Shown: one piece after another, positions 35,417-64,000 of the stretch
How the letters are laid out: each line of letters begins with the position of its first letter
Numbering within the stretch: position 1 is the stretch's first letter
Origin: the human T2T-CHM13v2.0 reference genome, Homo sapiens
DNA: 64,000 bases
Reading direction: 5' to 3' (one strand)
Assembly (NCBI RefSeq): GCF_009914755.1
Contig: NC_060931.1
The notes under the pieces: generated by a model
What the model was told of the DNA's origin: nothing
Database searches by the model: none
What the model saw: only the letters and a program-made list of their open reading frames with translations
Translations under genes and position numbers: made by a program

Positions 35417-36497
35417 GTCTCTGAGCCTTTCCCAGGGTCCCACGCTCCCTCATGGGGCTGAGGCAGGAGGCTCCCCTCCCCTGTTCTGCCCCACCTCTCA
35501 GCCTCCATGAGTACCCACAGCTGTGCCTCCAGGTCTCCCCCACAGTGCCCACACTGCCCCGAAGCCTTTCTCGACCCCGTGTCCCCTCTCATTACCCTCC
35601 CTGACCTTGGTCACCCTCCTTCCTCAAGGGTGCCGTCTACACTGGCTTCTCCACTCTCAGCCAGTGACTCCTTGCCCCGCTGCCGTCCCATCTCGCTGCT
35701 GATCTGCTCGGGCCATGGGATCCAGCAGGCATTTCTTTGTCCCGATCGGACCTGACTTTACTACTCTGAAACTTCCTCCTCCCCAAGACACTGTCTTCCT
35801 TGAATTTCCAAGCTTCCAGCTCCGGGATTTCCTGGCTCCTCTTTTGGGAAGGCTGCCCATTGCTTGTACTCTCTTCACTGCCTGCCTCCCGCCACCCCAA
35901 AAACACTTCAGAGCATTTCAGATATAACCCAGCGGCGAAGGGCTGGGAAAGGGACCCATCCAGGCCATGGGTCCTTCTCGAGGGCTGGGCGTGCTGCCTG
36001 GCCTAGGAGGCCCCCGGCCTGTGCCCCCACCTACCAGGGCCTCACCTTCTGACAGAATCGGCTTAGAGAGCAGAAACCAAGTCCTGGGGGAGCAGGCTGC
36101 ACTGCCTCTCTTTGTGGAGGAGGAGGGCGGGTGCTGCCACCAGGGGACCAGGGTATCATCAAGAGGCCTCCCCTGGAAGTGCCTGCCCTCCCCCAGTGCT
36201 CCCTTCAACCCGCGTTGCTGGAGTGGTGGCTCTAGAAGAGTGGCTTTCTCAGAGGTCACCAGGAACTTGGCGATGTTTGCCACATCTACACCTCCAGACC
36301 TCATGACCACGGTCTGGCTTCATCTGGCATGAGACGTCCCTTAGTCCCTCCTGATTCAGGAAGGCCCAGACCCCACACCACACTCTGCCTGCTGCTGAGC
36401 CCTGCATCAGCCACCAGCACTGTCACCTGCCCAGCTGTCTCTTTTCAGCCTTCTCTAACATGCCCATACAGCCAGAACAGTCTTTTTAAAAGTTTGT

Positions 36498-37337
36498 CAA
36501 CCCCATCAAAAAGTGGGCGAAGGACATGAACAGACACTTCTCAGAAGAAGACATTTATGCAGCCAACAGACACACGAAAAAATGCTCATCATCACTGGCC
36601 ATCAGAGAAATGCAAATCAAAACCACAATGAGATACCCTCTCACACCAGTTAGAATGGCGATCATTAAAAAGTCAGGAAACAACAGGTGCTGGAGAGGAT
36701 GTGGAGAAATAGGAACACTTTTACACTGCTGGTGGGACTGTAAACTAGTTCAACCATTGTGGAAGACAGTGTGGCAATTCCTCAAGGATCGAAAACTAGA
36801 AATAACATTTGACCCAGCCATCCCATTACTGGGTATATACCCAAAGGAATATAAATCATGCTGCTATAAAGGCACATGCACATGTATGTTTATTACAGCA
36901 CTATTCACAATAGCAAAGACTTGGAACTAACCCAAATGTCCATCAGTGATAGACTGGATTAAGAAAATGTGGCACATATACATCATGGAATACTATGCAA
37001 CCATAAAAAAGGATGAGTTCATGTCCTTTGTAAGGACATAGATGAAGCTGGAAACCATCATTCTCAGCAAACTATTGCAAGAACAAAAAACCAAACACTG
37101 CATGTTCTCACTCATAGGTGGGAATTGAACAATGAGAACACTTGGTCACAGGGAGGGGAATACCACACACTGGGGCCTGTTGTGGGGTGGGGGGAGGGGG
37201 GAGGGAAAGCATTAGGAGATATAGTGTAAATGATGAGTTAATGCATGCAGCACACCAACATGGCACATGTATACATGTGTAACAAACCTGCACGTAGTGC
37301 ACATGTACCCTAGAACTTAAAATATAATAAAAAAAAA
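36498..37337 (+). mobile_element. 5'-truncated primate L1 (L1PA): ORF2 C-terminus, 3' UTR and poly(A)
   Basis: ORF 36526-36930 ([16 protein letters not shown]...[11 protein letters not shown]...[26 protein letters not shown]) is the L1 ORF2p Cys-rich end with a premature stop. G-rich 3' UTR tract at ~37183; A-tail at 37326-37337. Confidence 0.96.
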
Positions 37338-37372
37338 GGAAAGGAAAAACATAAAAAACATCACAATTGTAA

Positions 37373-37516
<144 letters not shown>

Positions 37517-38000
37517 TAGCTGGAATACAGGTGCACACCACTGTGCCCAACTAATTTTTTAAAATATTTTTAGTAGAGATGTGGTTTCACCATGTTGCCC
37601 AGGCTGGTCTTGAACTCCTGTACTCAAGCGATCCTCCCACCTTGGCCTCCCAAAGTGTGCTGGGATTATCAGCATGAGTCACCACACCCGGCCCCCGGAA
37701 TGGTCTTTCTAAAGTTCGGCCCCGTCATCTCTAAATGGTGCTGTGGTTACCTTCCTGGACCTCCTCTGCCTCATTTCTTGTGGCCTGGCTCCCTGTCCCC
37801 AGCCCAGCCTCCTGCCCCACAGCATAGGCATGCCCCCTGCAGCCTGCAGTGGTGGGAGCTGACTGATCACTGCCTGCCCCCTGTCCAGCCTCCTTTCTAG
37901 GCTTTTCCTTGGAAGAGGGTTTTTGGAAGGACTTCAGCACAGAAGTGCCGTGAAGAGATGGGTGTTTCAGGAAGTCGCTCTTCTGACTTAAGAATATTAA

Positions 38001-38589
<589 letters not shown>

Positions 38590-38859
38590 TAGCCCTGCGC
38601 TGCACTGAGCTTTTGACAGCCCCAGTGCCTGGCGAGATGAAGCTGCATGGTGTTCCAAACATTTCTTCCAGTCAGTTCTTCTCTCATGATAAGTGCTTTA
38701 CCTGTTACTCTGTTACCTTTGTTAAATAAAGTTAGTATGTTGCATTTTAAAAATAATAAGAGGCTGTAATCCAGCACTTTGGGAGGCTGAGGTGGGCGGA
38801 TCACCAGGTCAGGAGTTCGAGACCAGCCTGGCCAACATGGCGAAAACTTACGTCTACTA

Positions 38860-39167
<308 letters not shown>

Positions 39168-41074
39168 CTACTCGGGGGGTTGAGGTGGGAGGATCACTTG
39201 AGCCCAAGAGTTGGAGACTGTGTGAGCTGTGACTGCACCACTGCACTCCAGCCTGGGTGATAGAGCAAGACCCTGTCTCAAAAAAAAAAAAAAAACATGG
39301 AGACTCGTGTGTGTACACAGCACCAGAGGACACAGGCTCAAACGTACTGTCATTATGGCGAGCACAGCACCGAGAGGGGAAAGGGGTCCCGTGTTTTCTC
39401 CTGGGTGCTTCTATACAATTTGAGATGCATCCATGTATTGTTAGTGCACTTTAGAAATGAGAAGGAATGTGACTTGCCTGCCTCGTGGACTGTGGGGTTG
39501 GAGCTGGGGAGCGCAGGAGTGCCGTGGGGTCCTTCTGCCGCAGCTCGCCCGGGCCTTGTGCTGGAGGCACGTGCAGGGAGCACCAAGGAGGAAGGCAAGC
39601 TGGGTGCCCCTAACCCATCGCGCAGGAGGTCAGTGGGATGGTGGTGTGCCCTGTGTCTGCCAAGGAGACGCGTGGTCCCTGAAGCACATGAAACCAAATT
39701 CCACGCTGGAGGTCCATAGACCAGCTGCCGAAGAGGCCCCCACGCAGGTCCCCAGGTGGCATTGACCTTGTCCAGGGCATCACAGTTCTCAACCTTTCCC
39801 CTGAGGTGGATTTCGGGGTTGAGTGCCCCCTTTTTAAGCTCAGATGCAGAGCATGGAGTTGATGACGCCCCACAGTCATGCACAGCACCGCATCCGTCCA
39901 CGACACCCTCATTATTCTAGTCCTGTACACTCTCCCACAGGCAGCCGTGCCCACGTGCTTCGTGTATATCTTTGAGAGTGTTCTTGCAAAACGTGTCCAC
40001 CGTGGATGTCCTGAAGCCAGCCAGCCTCCCGGTGGCCTGTGGGATGGTATGGTGCAGGAGTGACAGCGCCTCTGCCGGGGCTTCCCTTCATTCCCCCAGC
40101 AACACTGGAGACCACTGAAGTCTCTGCACTTTGCAAGGACGGAGGAGGCTGGCTCAGAGGGGCCCAGAGGCTTCCCAGAGACCCCCTACTTGTCAGATCC
40201 CGGCACCGGGGGCTGCCTTTCTGGCCTCACCCGGGGCATAGTGGGCTGGGTCCGCCCTGGGGGCCTGCTTTGTGGTGCCCCACCTCTCCCCGCGGTGGAA
40301 TCTCCACGGTCATTTCAGAGGGAAGGTCATGAGACCCTGGGCAGGAAGGACTTGCCCCGGGGGACAGAGGCACGCTGAGGGAGACCCCGGTTGCAGCCTG
40401 GAGCCGCAGGCTTTTCCCACTGGGCCCTCGAGTCCTCTCCTCCCCGAACCTGGGTCCTTCTCTTGAAGAGAGGATTCGGGCTCAGGGTAGGCTGACCTTT
40501 GCTGAGCAGATCCGGCAATAGGTGGTGACATAACCCACTCCTTGCTTTCTGGGCAAGCCTGGTGGCCCCAGGGAACTTCATCACCCTCCTCGGCCCCCTG
40601 CCTATGGCCTGAGCCTGGGTGCCAGGGTGCTGCTGAGAAGGGCACTTGGCCTCTCTCTGCCACCCAAATGCTAGACACAGTCCCCAGGAAAGGGCACAGT
40701 CCCCAGGAAAGGGCTGACACAAAGACCACCCTTGCCCTCCAAGAGTAGGAAAGGCGGCGGGCACGGTCACGGGCAGTCCTCCAGGCACAGTGGCAGGAGC
40801 CCGGAAATGTTGGCAGCCAGCCCCTCTTGTCTGCAGAGGGGAGCCCTAGGGGGCCCTGAGCCTCCGGGGAAAATCAGTGCTAGAGGCCCCTTCTTTTATG
40901 GGCTCGGGAACCGGGCTGGTGCGGAGAAGAGGTGGAGCTGCTTTCCTGGCACCTGCTCTCTCCTGGCAGGTGAAGAAGCTTCCCTTAAGCACTCTGACTG
41001 CTGTGACCACCGCAGTCGTGATAAGGTCGCAGTAATGCTCAGCAGAGGGACTTCACCCACGGCGACCGCTAAGC

Positions 41075-41076
<2 letters not shown>

Positions 41077-41116
<40 letters not shown>
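41077..41116. repeat. (GT)n microsatellite
   Basis: Directly visible. Confidence 0.96.
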
Positions 41117-41118
<2 letters not shown>

Positions 41119-41363
41119 AGGAGGCAAACACTCTAGAAAGAGACAGAAATGTCAAATGTCAGCAGATAAATAACAATATATAATATATATAATATAAATA
41201 TTGTAATAAACCAAAAAGTGTTTCATCTTATATATGTGATATTCTTTAATTCCCAACCATTCAAACTGAAAGTGCAGCTGAGGCTGGGCACAGTGGCTAA
41301 CGCCTGCAATCCCAGCACTTTGGGCGGCGAAGACGGGAGGATTGCTTGAGCCCGGGAGTTTGA

Positions 41364-41663
<300 letters not shown>

Positions 41664-41783
41664 TGACCTCAAGTGATCCGCCCACCTCGGGCTCCCAAAG
41701 TGCTGGGATTACAAGTGCGAGCCACGGCGCCTGGCCAGAAAATATTGTTAAAAATAAAAATGAAAGCCAGGCACATTGGCTCA

Positions 41784-42113
<330 letters not shown>

Positions 42114-42683
42114 TCAAATCTCCATTGTCCCGTCCTGCCCCTCTTCCCACTCCCTCCTGCTGAACTTACCCCACTGCTCAGGTCAAGGCAGAACGGCCCC
42201 TCTAGTTAGGAGAACCATTCAGACCCAGACAGTCACCTCCCAAAAAGGGAAAGAGCTTGGGGGTGCTGGAGGTTTAGTAGCTGCTTTTGGAGAAATCCCA
42301 AAGACAGGAGCAGCACCAGGAGGCCAGTCTCTGGAAAACAAGTACAGTGGAAAAGGTAGATTCTGGAAAAGGGGCCATATGGCATTCCAGAAAGAGCCCT
42401 GAACTTTCTCCTGCCAGGTGACAGCCCCAGCATCACTGCAGTGGCGCCCATGAGGGCTGTCCCAAGGGAGCTTCTGTCACTCTGTGCTGGGCGCGCTGTG
42501 GGTGCTCAAGCAGTGCCAGTGGAGTGTGAAGTCGCTGACGCTGACCTTCATGTGGGCTCTCACATTGAGGTGGGCGATGAGATGGAGAAGTCTCAGAGGT
42601 GGCTGCAGTCGCGGTCTGTTCCTGAACAGGCTCGCCAAACTTGGGTTGGTTGGTTTTTTTCAAAACGCCTCCTACACAGGTCA

Positions 42684-42884
<201 letters not shown>

Positions 42885-42952
42885 TTAATTAGCCAGGGGT
42901 CGTGGCGTGTGCCTGTGGCCTGGGTACTCGGGAGGCTGAGACAGGAGGGTCA

Positions 42953-43150
<198 letters not shown>

Positions 43151-43922
43151 TCAGGTACCCACTCCTCCTTTCCATCTCCCTGCCCTGCCCGGATGGGATG
43201 CTAACACTTCTCACCTAGATTGATTACTGCCAAACTGTCCCCACGGCCTCCCCTCTCCACCTGCCAGCCCTGCCTCCCGCCAGCTGGAAGTCCTTGAGTC
43301 GCCTCAGTAGCCTTTGAGACCAAGACCAAACTCTCTATTTAGCACAGAAGCCCACCTGCTACCCCCCACAACAGCTGCTCTCTGCCTTCCAGCCGCACTG
43401 AACCACTGCGGGTCCTGAATGTCCACAGCGGCCACCCCCACCCCATGCCTTCCCGCCAGCGGCTCGATCCTCCTGGACTGCCTCTCCGCCTCTTTCCAAA
43501 ACAGCAGAGGCCCCACAGTTCACAAGCCTCAGGGGGCAGGACCCAGGAGTCCAGGCACCATTGCCCCAGTAGCCATGGAAAAGGGGCCCCTCAGCACAGG
43601 AGTGAACTCTTTCCCAGTCCAAACAAAACTACAGGAACTCTCCTCTTTGCCTGGTATTAAAATATTCCTTTCTCATGTTTTCAAAGAAATACTTTCATTT
43701 CCTTATACAAAAACCACGCATAGAAGGTAGTTAAAAATACATGCATAGGCCCGGCACGGTGGCTCACACCTGTAATCCCAGCACTCTGGGAGGCCGAGGC
43801 AGGCAGATCGCCTGAGGTCAGAAGTTCGAGACAAGCTTGACCAATATGATGAAACCCCATCTCTACTAAAAATACAAAAATTAGCCAGCGTGGTGGCATG
43901 GGCCTGTAATCCTAGCTAGTCA

Positions 43923-44027
<105 letters not shown>

Positions 44028-44028
44028 T

Positions 44029-44032
<4 letters not shown>

Positions 44033-44068
<36 letters not shown>
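44033..44068. repeat. (AC)n microsatellite occupying an Alu tail
   Basis: Follows directly the 3' end of the Alu at 43748-44031. Confidence 0.95.
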
Positions 44069-44071
<3 letters not shown>

Positions 44072-44476
44072 CTGGACAGAAAAAAACAGCTGAAGCTCCA
44101 CCTCCTCCTCCGGGCAGCCTTCTTTGACCACCATCCAGGTTGGTGGTGGCCCCTGGAGTGTGCCAGGTCACACTCCTGCCACGGGACCCCAGGCAGGCCT
44201 GCAGGCTGCCGTTCTGAAGACAGTCACCAACCCAGGGAAGTGCCGGGGGGCACATGGAGTGAACAAAGTCATGCTCTGTGGCTTTTCTCCACCGGGGGCA
44301 ACGGGGCTCCCTCCTTTGATGCTGTTTGTGGCCCTCAGATCCGATGACACCCTCAGGTGCACCTGCGCATTGCCAGACACACAGAGGGGGTGTCGGGAGA
44401 GCCCCAGGGCCTCCAAAAGCAACCCGTTGGCTAGAAATGCAGGGAGGTTTTGAAACATAGTTGTGAATAATTGTCA

Positions 44477-44830
<354 letters not shown>

Positions 44831-44852
44831 CTACCTCTTCTACGTCCTCTAA

Positions 44853-45419
<567 letters not shown>

Positions 45420-46084
45420 TAGCTCACAGCCATCAATAGCACAGTGTTCCACGGTGCGTACAGAGAGCCTCACTCCGGCTCCATGGAATAGACGTGAAAG
45501 TCACCGAGGTGCGTTTCCAACCTCAGAATTACTCAGCAGCCCTTTCCTGCATCACTGGCTCCTTTTTGATTCTGCAAGGAGGCCCTTCCCAGCTTCCCTC
45601 TTGATGCCCACATCCCCCTTCCCTTCCAGGCAGCCCCACGCCTCTCCAGGCCCAGAGAAAATAAAAGCCACCAGGTGGGAAATAAGCCCTCCCACGGGCC
45701 AAAGACCCCTTCCCTCACACCTCCTCCTACTCCTGAATCTTCACCCACCCTCACTGCCTCCTCTGGGTCCTTGAGGGGCAGACATGCCTCTTCCTCTGTG
45801 CCAGTGACACTGGCCCCACCGGCTCCATTGCCATCCTCTACCTGCAAGCACAGCCCCGTGCCTCCTTCCAAATGTGACAGTCCTCCAAGCCTGCCTCTTC
45901 CTCTCACCCAGAGCCAGATCCGTTCATTTTATTCCACTTATTTATGTCTTGAAAATGTAATCCATTCACACAATTCAAAACTGAGGTTCAACAAGTGCCC
46001 TCCCACTCATCCTTGTGTCTCACCCATTCTAGGCCCTTCTCACTGTTAGCATTTTCTTAGTCATGCCTCAAGGAGAGTGAGTGA

Positions 46085-51895
<5,811 letters not shown>

Positions 51896-52402
51896 TTAAA
51901 AATTGTAAAAAGATGTATAGAGCAGACTCTATTTGGTGCCTCCAGCACCCAATTCTGCACACTGGGTAACAAGATGGCTGGCAGCCACCCAGCCCTAAGC
52001 ATCGGGAGCTCAGGTGTCAACACCTGAGGCAGGTGCAGGACCAGGGCAGGAGAAGGGGCTTCTGCAGAAAGCGCCTAAGGGAGGTGGCACACACTGAGCT
52101 GGTCTGAATCAGCAGAGAGGAGAAGGAAGCGTTTGAGTCACGATGCATGGTGAAGACGCCCAAATGCGGGGGGTCAGGAACAGTCAGTCCTCAGGGGAGG
52201 CAGGAGAGCAGGGGAGTGAAGGTGAGAGCGGGGGGTGGAGTCAGATGAGGGGCTCAAGTTCATTCATATCCCCCCCACTGCCTGCGTGACGTGGGCTACA
52301 GTACTTCCTACTGAAGCCTCGGTTTCCTTATCCGAAACCTGAAGTGTGGTGGGGATCACCTCTATTCATTCTTTGTAAATGAAATGTGCAGGACAAGCTT
52401 AA

Positions 52403-52857
<455 letters not shown>

Positions 52858-53859
52858 TAAAGTAGCTCAGACAGGCACAGAATGGATTGGCTGCTGTTGT
52901 GGACTGTCCGAGGGTGGCTCCATCTGCAGGCACTGTTGGATCCAGTACCCAAGGATGATGTCCCAGCATCTGTCTCTCTGGGATCTCACCTTTATCCCCT
53001 GCCCTCACTGGCTGCGTCTCATTTCTGCTTCCCTCTGTGTGGCTTCCTGTTGGTGGCAGGGTGAGGCCCCCAGGACAGCAGGCAGCCTCAGCCTCACCCT
53101 TTCCCAGTACTGAGACCCAGAAAATCCCAGGGAAGGCTTTGATTGGCTTAGCTTGACTCATCACTGCTCATCCCTGGACCAATCAGAAGCTCGGTGGTGC
53201 TCCCTGATTGACCACCTGGTTTAGTGCTGCTTCTGCGCTGGAGGTAGGAGCCACGTGAGGAGGTCCTGGAATTGGGGAGGCAGGGTCTTGGGAGGCCAGG
53301 CTGTGACCTCCTCCCCCAGGGAGTCCTGCGGATTCTGAACAGAGTGATGAATCCTCTGTGAGGGGCAGGGAGCCACAGATGGAGAGGGATGATGGCGGCA
53401 GATCTGGGCTGTGCCCGGAGAGGGGACCCTGCCAGGAGTGAGTGTCTTATGGAGGCAGGACGGGCTCCTGCAGTTCCCAAGGTGCCCTTAGGCCCCCACA
53501 GCCCCTGTCCCCAGCCTTACACAGAGTCCTGAGACTTCGGGGAAATGACTTCACTGTGCCCGTTTCACCGGTGAGGTTCAATGACTTTCCCAACATGATG
53601 GGAGTCAGAGGCCCCAGGTCGCACATCACTAGAGCACCCAGCCTCCACTCAGTCCAGGGGGACTTCTACGGGGAACCAGCACTGGGTGTCCAGGGCCAGT
53701 GGCAGAACCAGGGGCGCTTCCTTCATCACACCAATACGTTTGGGAGGGGGCGAGCTCCTCTCGCCCTAGTTGCTAGCGGGGCTGCAGGAGAGGCACAGAC
53801 CTTGCAGGGGGTGGGGGAATTAGGGCCAACAGGGGCAGTGAGGAAGGCCCAGGGGTATT

Positions 53860-54660
53860 GCCTGTGGGAGTCCAGCGGAACCTGGGCGGGCTTCCCGGAG
53901 GCGGCGGCCTCCGAGCCCCTGGGCACCCGTGATCCGCCAGGGCCTGGAAGAAAACGGACGGAGCAGGAGCAGAGGGAGGGGAGACGGGCAGTGGTGCGGC
54001 CCCCACCCGGGGGCTCGGGGCGCACAGGGGTCCCCGCCGCCCGCCCGGCCGCCCCGCGATTCCTGCACGTCAGCAGAGCGGAAACGCGGAGCAGCGCCAG
54101 CCGGGGCGGGCTGGATGGGGCCTGGCAGCGCGGCCGGCGCTCCGCGGGTTCGGTTCCGCCCGCGTTTGTGTTGGCAGCGGCCCACGGCGCGCGGCCGGGC
54201 GCATGAAAGGGGCCTCTGTCTGCGCCCCAGCCACCCCGCTCCCCTTTCACTCTTAATATAATCTTCACTTCATTTTTAACCCAGCGGAGGTTCTCTTGGA
54301 ATTTTTCCCCTTCTTCCAAAAATACATGTGCGTGCGTGTGTGTTTGCAAAAGTCCTTGACGGTGAAGGTCGGGATTGTCCCCGGGAAGGGAAGGGCGAAA
54401 CCCGAGGCGGAGAGGGAGGGAGACAGGAATGTCTTTCTTTCTTCCTGTGCCCGGGCCTCCTCGGGGTCGCCACCGCCGCTGAGGGTCCCCCATCCTGCGC
54501 CCCCCTCCGGGGACTGGGGGTGCAGGACAGGATGGGGGGGTCCTCCTCTGACCACCCCCACATCCCCATCCCCGGGATGAATGAACGGGCTTTTTGGAAA
54601 TTGGGGTCAGCAGGGAGGGGTGGGCGCCTCCTCCAGGGGTCGCTCCCCGGAGCTGGTCAG
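53860..54660. promoter_or_regulatory. Intergenic (orphan) CpG island
   Basis: CpG-dense, non-repetitive, GC-rich; GC box at 54103, CTCF-like motif at 54630; no recognisable coding exon nearby. Confidence 0.8.
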
Positions 54661-54742
54661 AGAATGGTGTCACCAGGTATGGCCAGCTGGGGCTGTCCTC
54701 CCAGAGCGGGTAGGAAGGGAGACAGGACATCAGTCCTGCTAG

Positions 54743-64000
<9,258 letters not shown>

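Noticed and set aside
36526-36930. 134-aa ORF as a host gene or active retroelement
   Set aside because: A fragment of L1 ORF2p in a 5'-truncated copy with a premature stop.
53700-53720. Weaker CTCF-like motifs (aaccaggggcgct here; cctagatgggcg near 45387)
   Set aside because: They need a gap or several core mismatches; too weak without ChIP data.

Overview
Human (primate) genomic DNA matching the TRIM50/FKBP6 locus of the Williams-Beuren region, 7q11.23. The identification rests on recalled protein sequences, not a database search. The window holds the first coding exon of TRIM50 (RING + B-box, minus strand), a shared CpG-island promoter at about 3.85-4.9 kb, and the complete FKBP6 gene on the plus strand: 8 coding exons giving 984 nt (327 aa + stop), every junction GT-AG and in frame, plus a non-coding last exon at about 34.4-34.8 kb. 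The remaining ~29 kb is intergenic and very Alu-rich, with L1, MaLR/ERVL LTR and DNA-transposon relics, and an orphan CpG island at about 54 kb. I see no convincing new gene or new biological system; nearly all other ORFs in the track are Alu, L1 or GC-rich artefacts. The most unusual structures are: a two-unit composite minisatellite forming the bidirectional promoter; a perfect 301-bp Alu-Alu tandem duplication; a probable L1 3' transduction; a 58-bp VNTR just past the FKBP6 poly(A) site; the orphan CpG island; and a U6 retrocopy. Repeat subfamily names are from memory of the consensus sequences and repeat boundaries are approximate.
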